In this document: positions 57,496 to 64,000 of the stretch, in pieces
Numbering within the stretch: position 1 is the stretch's first letter
Layout: each line of letters begins with the position of its first letter
Assembly (NCBI GenBank): GCA_036278735.1
Contig: DASUKM010000005.1
Span: 3,012-67,011, forward strand
Source: Vicinamibacterales bacterium
GTDB lineage: Bacteria > Acidobacteriota > Vicinamibacteria > Vicinamibacterales > 2-12-FULL-66-21
DNA: 64,000 bases
Direction: 5' to 3'
Program-made: the position numbers and the translations under genes
The notes under the pieces: model-generated
Told to the model about the DNA's origin: nothing
What the model saw: only the letters and a program-made list of their open reading frames with translations
The model's database searches: none

Positions 57496-58386
57496 TCAAC
57501 GGACCGTTCGGGCCACGACGTACCCCCCGAGGCAGCCGAGCGCCATCCCGCCGACCACCAGGCCGGCCACGAGTGCCGCGGGCACGAAGGCCACCGCCTC
57601 CAGCCCGGCGCGCTCGACCATGAAGCCGCCGTACCGGGCCCGCAGCACGGCAAAGGCGGCGACGAGCGCCACCACCGCGGCCAACGCGCCAAGCCCCCCC
57701 TGCAAGAGCCCCTCGAGCACGAACGGCCCGCGGATGTAGGCAAAGGGGGCGCCCACGAGCTGCATGATTTCGATCTCGTCGCGCCGGGCCGCCGCCGCGA
57801 GGCTGACGACGTTGGCGACCGTGAGCGCGCTGGCGAACGCCAGCATCAGCAGCACCACGAGACCCATGCCGCGGATCACGGCGACGAGGCTGCTGAGGCG
57901 CTGCAGCCATCGCCGGTCGTAGCGCACGTCGGCGACGCCGGGCATCGAGCCGGCGCGTGTCGCGAGGCGATCGGCGGCCTCGCCAAGTCCCGCCGAGGGA
58001 GACGTCAACCGGACTTCGAACGACGCCGGGAAGGGATTGTCGGGCAGCGCCGAGGCCGCCCCGCCCAGATCCGGGAACTCGCGCGCGAACGCGCGTCTCG
58101 CGTCCGCCTTCGAGACGAACTCGACCGACTGCGCGATCCCGCTGCCGGTCAACCGGGCCTTGACGGCCGCGACCTCCTCGGGCGTGGCCCCCTCCTGCAG
58201 ATACACCGACAGCTCCGCGGTCTGACTCCAGCGCGCGACGAGGCGCTGCAGGTTGGCGTTGATCATGAGGAAAAAGCCGAGCACGAACACGCCCGCGGCG
58301 ATCGTCAGGATCGCGAGCGCGGCGGCGCCGCGTCCGCGCCACAGGCTCGCGACCGCTTCGGCAACGAAGTAACGGAGCGCGCGCAT
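57496..58386 (-). CDS. ftsX: Cell-division ABC transporter permease FtsX
   Basis: ATG at 58386 shares 1 nt with the ftsE stop. MRALRYFVAEAV..., 4 TM segments with a periplasmic domain. Confidence 0.85.
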   Translation of the reverse strand: MRALRYFVAEAVASLWRGRGAAALAILTIAAGVFVLGFFLMINANLQRLVARWSQTAELSVYLQEGATPEEVAAVKARLTGSGIAQSVEFVSKADARRAFAREFPDLGGAASALPDNPFPASFEVRLTSPSAGLGEAADRLATRAGSMPGVADVRYDRRWLQRLSSLVAVIRGMGLVVLLMLAFASALTVANVVSLAAAARRDEIEIMQLVGAPFAYIRGPFVLEGLLQGGLGALAAVVALVAAFAVLRARYGGFMVERAGLEAVAFVPAALVAGLVVGGMALGCLGGYVVARTVR

Positions 58387-59045
58387 CAGACCACCTCCAC
58401 GACGCGGCCGCGTTCGAGCGTGAGGGCCCGGCGTCCCACCCGGCGGATCAGCTCGCGATCGTGGGTGGCCACCAGCACGGTCGTGCCGCGCGCGTTGATC
58501 TCGCGGAACAAGTTCATGATTTCGAGCGACAGATCGGGATCGAGATTGCCGGTCGGCTCGTCGGCGAGGATGATGACGGGGTCGTTGACCAGCGCCCGCG
58601 CGATCGCGATGCGCTGCTGCTCGCCGCCCGACAGCTCCTGCGGATACGCCGCCATCCGATGCTGGAGGCCCACCCACTTGAGCACCTGGAACGTGCGCCG
58701 CTGCTGTTGCGAATCGACCATCCCGAGCACGCGCGGCACGAACGCGACGTTCTCGAGCACCGTCTTGTTCGGCAGCAGCTTGAAGTCCTGAAAGACGAAG
58801 CCGAGCGATCGCCGGTACGCCTGCACCTGCCGGCGCGACAACTGCGCGAGGTCGCGCCCGCCGACGACGAGCCGGCCGTCGCTGGGGACGTCCTGCCGGA
58901 GCAGCAGCCGCAGCAGCGTCGACTTGCCCGCGCCGCTGGGCCCGGTGAGGAAGACGAACTCCCCTTTGTCGATGCGCAGCGTGAGATCGCGCAGCGCATA
59001 GACGCCGCGGCTGTACAACTTCGAAAGGCTGTGCGCTTCAATCAC
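58386..59045 (-). CDS. ftsE: Cell-division ABC transporter ATP-binding protein FtsE
   Basis: GPSGAGKST, LSGGEQQR and ILADEPTGNLD. Confidence 0.9.
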   Translation of the reverse strand: MIEAHSLSKLYSRGVYALRDLTLRIDKGEFVFLTGPSGAGKSTLLRLLLRQDVPSDGRLVVGGRDLAQLSRRQVQAYRRSLGFVFQDFKLLPNKTVLENVAFVPRVLGMVDSQQQRRTFQVLKWVGLQHRMAAYPQELSGGEQQRIAIARALVNDPVIILADEPTGNLDPDLSLEIMNLFREINARGTTVLVATHDRELIRRVGRRALTLERGRVVEVV

Positions 59046-60489
59046 CCGAGGGCTCCTGCACCGCGAGCGCCCGGCGCAGCAGCGCGTTGACGGTTTCCGG
59101 ATTCGCCTTGCCTCGACTCGCCTTCATGACCTGCCCGACCAGAAACGCAAACGTCTGCGTCCGGCCGCCCCGGAACTGCGCGACAGGACCGGGATGGTCC
59201 CGCACGACCTCCTCGACCAGCCGTTCGAGCGCCGCCTCGTCGTCGATCCGGCGCAGCCCGTCTTCGTCGACGATCTGCCGCGCGCCGCGCCCGGTGGCCA
59301 TCATGGTCTCGAACACCTCGCGCGCCACCGGTCCGCTGATGGCCCCCGTCTCGGCGAGCACGATCAACTCCGCGAGCGCTTCGGGCGCGAGCGGGAACGC
59401 CTCAATCGCGATCCCGCGCTCCTTCATCGTCCGCGCGACCTCCCCCATGATCCAGTTGCTGGCGGCTTTCGCGTGTCCGGCCGCGGCCGCCGTCCGCTCG
59501 AAGTAGTCGGCGAGGGGCATCGACTGCGTCAACACGCCGGCGTCGTAGTCGGGGAGATGATACTGCGCCGCGAGCCGCCGCCGCCGCGCGTCGGGCAGCT
59601 CGGGCAGCCGCTGTCGAAGGTCGTCGACCCACGCCGCCTCGAGCGCCAGGGGACGAAGGTCCGGCTCCGGAAAGTAGCGGTAGTCGTCCGCCTCCTCCTT
59701 GACCCGCATCAGGACCGTGCGGCCGGCGGTCACGTCCCACAGGCGCGTCTCCTGGCGCAGGGGTCCGCCGTCGCGCAGCACGGCGGTCTGCCGTTCGATT
59801 TCGTACTCGAGCGCCCGCTGCACGTGACGGAAGGAGTTGAGGTTCTTCACCTCGGTCTTGACCCCCAGGGCCGTGGCCCCCGGCGGGCGGATCGACACGT
59901 TGGCATCACAGCGCAGGCTCCCCTCTTCCATGTTGCCGTCGTTGACTCCCACGGCGACGAGGATCGCGCGGAGCCGCATGAAGAGCTGCGCCGCCGCCGC
60001 GCCGCTCCGCAGGTCCGGTTGCGTGACGATCTCGATGAGCGGCACCCCGCTGCGATTGAAGTCGAGCGCGGTCGTCGCGCTGCGCTCGGACGCCTCATGC
60101 AGCGACTTGCCGGCGTCTTCCTCGAGGTGCACGCGGATGATCCCGACGCGCTGCGGCCCCTCGTCGGTCGCGAACTCGATGCCCCCCGCCGTCGCGAGCG
60201 GCTGCTCGTACTGCGAGATCTGATAACCCTTCGGCAGATCCGGATAGAAATAGTGCTTCCGCGCGAACACCGACAGCGGCTGAATCGTGCAGTCGAGGGC
60301 GAGTGCGGCCGTGACGGCCAGCTCGACGGCGCGGCGATTGAGCACCGGCAGCGCGCCCGGCAGCCCGAGGCACACGGGGCACACGTGGGTGTTCGGCGGC
60401 GCGCCGAATTGCGTGCTGCAGCCGCAGAAGATTTTCGTGCGGGTCAGCAGCTGCGCATGAACTTCCAGACCGATGATGGACTCGAACAT
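59038..60489 (-). CDS. gatB: Asp-tRNA(Asn)/Glu-tRNA(Gln) amidotransferase subunit B
   Basis: ATG at 60489. IGLEVHAQL.T.TKIFC.C and CPVCLG.PG.LP. Confidence 0.95.
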   Translation of the reverse strand: MFESIIGLEVHAQLLTRTKIFCGCSTQFGAPPNTHVCPVCLGLPGALPVLNRRAVELAVTAALALDCTIQPLSVFARKHYFYPDLPKGYQISQYEQPLATAGGIEFATDEGPQRVGIIRVHLEEDAGKSLHEASERSATTALDFNRSGVPLIEIVTQPDLRSGAAAAQLFMRLRAILVAVGVNDGNMEEGSLRCDANVSIRPPGATALGVKTEVKNLNSFRHVQRALEYEIERQTAVLRDGGPLRQETRLWDVTAGRTVLMRVKEEADDYRYFPEPDLRPLALEAAWVDDLRQRLPELPDARRRRLAAQYHLPDYDAGVLTQSMPLADYFERTAAAAGHAKAASNWIMGEVARTMKERGIAIEAFPLAPEALAELIVLAETGAISGPVAREVFETMMATGRGARQIVDEDGLRRIDDEAALERLVEEVVRDHPGPVAQFRGGRTQTFAFLVGQVMKASRGKANPETVNALLRRALAVQEPSGD

Positions 60490-60540
60490 CGCCGGGGGCA
60501 CACGACGGACATCCAGAGACTGAATGCCGCATGATACACC

Positions 60541-60705
60541 GGCGGTGCGGGTTGCGGAGCGCGGGGTGCGGGAGGCGCGGGGTGCGGGGTAAGCCTCAGC
60601 CCCGATGCTGCGGCCAGGCCATACAGGCCTGACCCACAAGACATGCACTCTGTGGGTCAGCCCTTTACGTTCGCTCCTGTGGGTCAGCGCTTTATGGGCT
60701 GACGA
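60541..60705. repeat. Composite intergenic repeat region: GGGGTGCGG-type G-run units (60541-60595), then GTGGGTCAGC hairpin elements (60629-60704)
   Basis: CTGACCCACA (60629-60638) pairs with TGTGGGTCAG (60651-60660). A second copy, tgtgggtcagcgctttatgggctgacg, parallels 47038-47070. Confidence 0.8.
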
Positions 60706-60710
60706 TCTGC

Positions 60711-62300
60711 TCAGCCGCGCGGGCCGGCTTGGACGAGGTCCGGCGGCGCCCCGAGGGTCGTGAAGTTCTCGATGAACATCCGGGCCAGCTTGTCGGCCTG
60801 CGCATCGTAGTCGGCGCCGTTCTTCCACGTCGCCCTGGGGTCGAGCACGTCGGAGGGGACGCCGGGCACGGAGGTCGGCACCTCCACGTTGAACCGCTCG
60901 TCGCGGCGATAGGGCACGTCGGCGAGCGCGCCCTTCAGCGCGGCGTCCACCATCGCGCGCGTGTAACCGATCTTCATGCGCGAGCCCACTCCGTATGGGC
61001 CGCCGGTCCATCCCGTGTTGACGAGCCAGACGCGCACGTCGTGCCGCGCGATGCGGTCGCTCAGGAATTTCGCATACACCGTCGGGTGCAGCAGCATGAA
61101 CGGCGCGCCGAAGCAGGTGCTGAAGGTGGCCTTCGGCTCGGTCACCCCCTTTTCCGTGCCCGCGACCTTCGCGGTGTATCCGGAGAGGAAGTGATACGCG
61201 GCACCGGCAGGCGTCAGCCGCGCGATGGGCGGCATGACGCCGAAGGCGTCGGCGGTCAGCATTACGATGTTGCGCGGATGTCCCCCCTGCCCCGTGGGCA
61301 CCGCGTGGCCGAGATACGACAGCGGGTAGGCGCCGCGCGTGTTCTCGGTGAGGGAGTCGTTGTCGAGATCCAGGCGCCGCGTGTTCGCATCCATCCAGAC
61401 GTTCTCGAGCACCGTGCCGAAATGCCGGCTGGCGTGGTAGATTTCGGGCTCCGCCTCGGCCGACAGCCGGATCATCTTCGCGTAGCAGCCCCCTTCGATG
61501 TTGAACACCCCGTCTGCGCTCCAGCCGCACTCGTCGTCGCCGATGAGAAAGCGATCCGGATTGCTCGAGAGCGTCGTCTTGCCGGTGCCCGACAGGCCGA
61601 AGAACAGCGCGACGTCCCCCGCCTGCCCGACGTTGGCCGAGCAGTGCATCGAGAGGACTTCGCGCATCGGCAGCAGGTAGTTCATCACCGTGAAGATCGA
61701 CTTCTTGATCTCGCCGGCGTAGCTCGTACCGCCGATCAGCACGAGCTTCTTCGCAAGATTGAGGACGACGAACACGGCCGAGTTGGTGCCGTGTTTGCCC
61801 GGCTCCGCGGTGAGCCCCGGCATGTCGATGAGGGTGAACTCGGGCTTGTGCGCCGCGCGCGTTTCAGGATCCGGCTCGTCGATGAACAGATGCCGCGCGA
61901 ACAGGCTGTGCCACGCCTTTTCGGTAATCACCCGGATGGGCAGCCGATACCGCGGGTCGGCCCCGGCATAGGCGTCGAGGACGAACAGTTCCTTGCCCTC
62001 GCAGTAGGTCAGCACGCGCTGGTGCAGCGCATCGAAGTGCTCCGGCGTCATCCCGCGATTGACCTTGCTCCACCACACGTGGTTCTCGCTCGACGATTCC
62101 CGCACGATGAACTTGTCGTTCGGGGACCGGCCCGTGTGCTGTCCGGTCCGGCACACGATGGGGCCATCGATCGAGATCAGCGCCTCGCGCCGGCGCACGG
62201 CTTCCTCGTACAGGGCCGGAACGCTCAGGTTCCAGTACACGCGCGAAACGTTGGTGATGCCGTGGGGTTCGAGTCCGCTTGCCTGCCGCACCTGTGTCAT
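60711..62300 (-). CDS. pckA: Phosphoenolpyruvate carboxykinase (ATP)
   Basis: ATG at 62300. GRSPNDKF and GLSGTGKTTLS, plus typical length. Confidence 0.95.
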   Translation of the reverse strand: MTQVRQASGLEPHGITNVSRVYWNLSVPALYEEAVRRREALISIDGPIVCRTGQHTGRSPNDKFIVRESSSENHVWWSKVNRGMTPEHFDALHQRVLTYCEGKELFVLDAYAGADPRYRLPIRVITEKAWHSLFARHLFIDEPDPETRAAHKPEFTLIDMPGLTAEPGKHGTNSAVFVVLNLAKKLVLIGGTSYAGEIKKSIFTVMNYLLPMREVLSMHCSANVGQAGDVALFFGLSGTGKTTLSSNPDRFLIGDDECGWSADGVFNIEGGCYAKMIRLSAEAEPEIYHASRHFGTVLENVWMDANTRRLDLDNDSLTENTRGAYPLSYLGHAVPTGQGGHPRNIVMLTADAFGVMPPIARLTPAGAAYHFLSGYTAKVAGTEKGVTEPKATFSTCFGAPFMLLHPTVYAKFLSDRIARHDVRVWLVNTGWTGGPYGVGSRMKIGYTRAMVDAALKGALADVPYRRDERFNVEVPTSVPGVPSDVLDPRATWKNGADYDAQADKLARMFIENFTTLGAPPDLVQAGPRG

Positions 62301-62343
62301 CTGAAATTCGCTCCGTTGTGGACACCCTGCCAGGGTGGCCTGC

Positions 62344-62361
62344 CGTCCGGCCAACCGGACG
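62344..62361 (-). terminator. 7-bp stem-loop CGTCCGG-ccaa-CCGGACG downstream of the HD-GYP gene
   Basis: It lies 27 nt after the stop at 62388. There is no U-tract, so it is a weak candidate. Confidence 0.3.
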
Positions 62362-62387
62362 ATCGTACCGGGCTGAACAGAGCGAAG

Positions 62388-63446
62388 TCAAACCGGGACG
62401 GCGGTGCGGAACGCCTCGACGACCGCCGGGTCGAACTGGCTGTCGGCGCACCGGGCCAGTTCGAGGAGCGCTTCGTGGGGCGCGATCGCGTCGCGGAAGA
62501 CGCGCGGGTGGGTCATCGCGTCGAAGGCGTCGGCCACGGCAATGATGCGCGCGCCAAGCGCCACTTCGCCCGCCGGCACGCCGCGCGGGTAGCCGAGGCC
62601 ATCCATCCGTTCGTGGGCGTCGCGCACGAGGTCCGCCGATCGGCGCAGATACGGCACCGCGCCAATCAGGTCCGCCGCGACCGCCGGATGCCGCCGCACG
62701 AGCGCCTGCTCCTCGAAGGTGAGCGGCGCGGGCTTGCGGAGTACGGCGTCGGGGATCGCCAGCTTGCCGACGTCGTGCAGCAGCGCGGCGTGTTCGAGAT
62801 CCGCCAGATCCGCGTCGCTGAACCCCAGCACCCTGGCGGTGCCGGCGGCCAGCGCCGCGACCCGGTACGCGTGCGCGTAGACGTCGCCATCGGCCGCCGT
62901 CAGGGCCGACAACAGCGTGTCGAGCCCGGCGTCGCCGTGGATCGCGAGCGCCCCGACGGTCTCGGCCAGACGGTTGGCGCGCCCGTCCATCTCGCGCTCC
63001 AGACACTCGCGCCAGCGCCGCGCGTCGCACGCGGCCCGGTGCCACTCGAAGCCGCGCTGGACGGCGTCGCGCAGCCGCTCGCGGCCGAACGGCTTCGTCA
63101 GATAATCGACGACCCCCTGGCGCAGGCTCCGGACCGCCGACGCGACATCCTGCACGCCGGTCGCCATGATGACGGCCGTCTCGGGCGCTTCTTCCCTGAT
63201 CCGCTCGAGCAGCCACAGGCCGTCCCGGCCGGGCATGCGCACGTCGCAGAGGGCGACAGCGGGCAGGCTCGATCGCACCAGGCCCATCGCCTGGTCGGCG
63301 TTGGCCGCGATCCGGACGTCGTAGCCGCCTGACGACAGCCACCGCGTCATGAGGTCGCGGACCCCCTGCTCGTCGTCGACGACGAGCACGAATTCGTCGG
63401 GCCGGTCTGCGGGTTCCACCGGCGCGTGTTGGTGTGCGGACGGCAT
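62388..63446 (-). CDS. Response regulator with HD-GYP domain (RpfG-like c-di-GMP phosphodiesterase)
   Basis: ATG at 63446. REC domain (VLVVDDE...CDVRMPGRDG...TKP), then HHDVGK... and HERMDGLGYP (HD-GYP). Confidence 0.85.
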   Translation of the reverse strand: MPSAHQHAPVEPADRPDEFVLVVDDEQGVRDLMTRWLSSGGYDVRIAANADQAMGLVRSSLPAVALCDVRMPGRDGLWLLERIREEAPETAVIMATGVQDVASAVRSLRQGVVDYLTKPFGRERLRDAVQRGFEWHRAACDARRWRECLEREMDGRANRLAETVGALAIHGDAGLDTLLSALTAADGDVYAHAYRVAALAAGTARVLGFSDADLADLEHAALLHDVGKLAIPDAVLRKPAPLTFEEQALVRRHPAVAADLIGAVPYLRRSADLVRDAHERMDGLGYPRGVPAGEVALGARIIAVADAFDAMTHPRVFRDAIAPHEALLELARCADSQFDPAVVEAFRTAVPV

Positions 63447-63462
63447 GGCTGAACGGGCGCAC

Positions 63463-63478
63463 TGCAAATCGTCCGCCA
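63463..63478 (-). promoter_or_regulatory. Candidate sigma-54 promoter (TGGCGG-acga-TTTGCA)
   Basis: The minus strand reads TGGCGGACGATTTGCA. The GG and GC elements have the canonical TGGCAC-N5-TTGC spacing. It lies 17 nt upstream of the HD-GYP gene ATG and directly downstream of an enhancer-binding-protein gene. Confidence 0.5.
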
Positions 63479-63590
63479 GGAAAAACCGTGCAATTCCGAC
63501 CCCGCGTGGACGCAAGCGCACACGTCGCACACCGCGGCGAGCGCATCCGCGCACGGCGATGTGCGGCTTTGGGCTTTGGGCTCGGCCGCT

Positions 63591-64000
63591 CTACACGCTC
63601 ACCTGGTCGGCCCGGGCTTCGCGCCGGCGCATGATCGTGTCGCTGAGATCCAGGCGTTCGAGGCGGCGATAGAGCGCGCGGCGGCTCAGGCCGAGCATGC
63701 GCGCTGCTGCTTTCTTGTTGCCGTTGGCGCGCGCGAGCGCCCGGACGATGTGTTCGCGCTCGACCGTCACCAGGAGGTCGGCGTCGGGAGCGGCCGCCGC
63801 CTTCGGCTCGGCCGCCGGCGTCATCGGCATCACGAGCGCGGGCATGCTGACGGACAGTTCACGTTCCGTGATGAAGTCGCCGTCGGCGAGGATGCAGGCG
63901 CGCTCGATCGCGTTCCGCAGCTCGCGCACGTTCCCCTCCCACGGCGCCGCGCCCAGCAGACGCTCGGCCCCCGACGTGAGCCCGAGCAGCGGCTTCTGCA
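63591..64000 (-). CDS. Sigma-54-dependent transcriptional activator, C-terminal part (5' end outside the window)
   Basis: ...WEGNVRELRNAIERA..., then the Fis-type HTH NKKAAARMLGLSRRALYRRL. The frame is open to the window edge. Confidence 0.75.
   Translation of the reverse strand, partial: QKPLLGLTSGAERLLGAAPWEGNVRELRNAIERACILADGDFITERELSVSMPALVMPMTPAAEPKAAAAPDADLLVTVEREHIVRALARANGNKKAAARMLGLSRRALYRRLERLDLSDTIMRRREARADQVSV

Noticed and set aside
62323-62337. Palindrome CACCCTGCCAGGGTG upstream of pckA as an operator
   Set aside because: It is a single short palindrome with no second copy in the window and no known regulator motif that I can match. I kept it only as a note.

Overview
High-GC (judged by eye, not computed) bacterial chromosomal window, densely packed with about 63 coding regions. 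Most lie on the minus strand in long strings joined by 1-, 4- or 8-nt start/stop overlaps. Content is mainly housekeeping: the rpsP-KH-rimM-trmD-rplS-rnhB and ffh cluster, ribD-ribE-ribBA, ftsY, gpsA-plsY, groES-groEL with a CIRCE operator, ftsE-ftsX, gatB, pckA, purC, nrdR, rnr-selB and tatA. It also holds a peptidoglycan-recycling string (nagZ-ldcA-mpl), an NtrY/NtrC-type two-component pair, an ECF sigma/anti-sigma pair and an HD-GYP response regulator. A duplicated MacB/FtsX (ADOP-type) orphan permease hints at Acidobacteriota; this is inference only. I saw no rRNA, tRNA, CRISPR, transposase, integrase, phage gene or recognisable defence gene, and I found no convincing novel protein-encoded system. 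The unusual part is the non-coding DNA. (1) At least seven arrays of 7-nt tandem repeats sit exactly in intergenic or intercistronic spacers, two of them as inverted double arrays and one inside the 3' end of the ECF sigma gene. (2) A 32-bp tandem array of about 13 units fills a divergent promoter region. (3) A family of purine-skewed box-plus-hairpin modules is amplified in tandem inside the ribosomal rimM-trmD-rplS operon and recurs in the ribE-ribBA gap; one copy appears to have split the ancestral trmD start codon region. (4) A REP-like GTGGGTCAGCC hairpin family and G-run 21-mers are also present. All protein calls rest on remembered family motifs and the supplied ORF translations; no database search was possible. 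Many long ORFs in the track are antisense or frame-run-through artefacts typical of GC-rich DNA.
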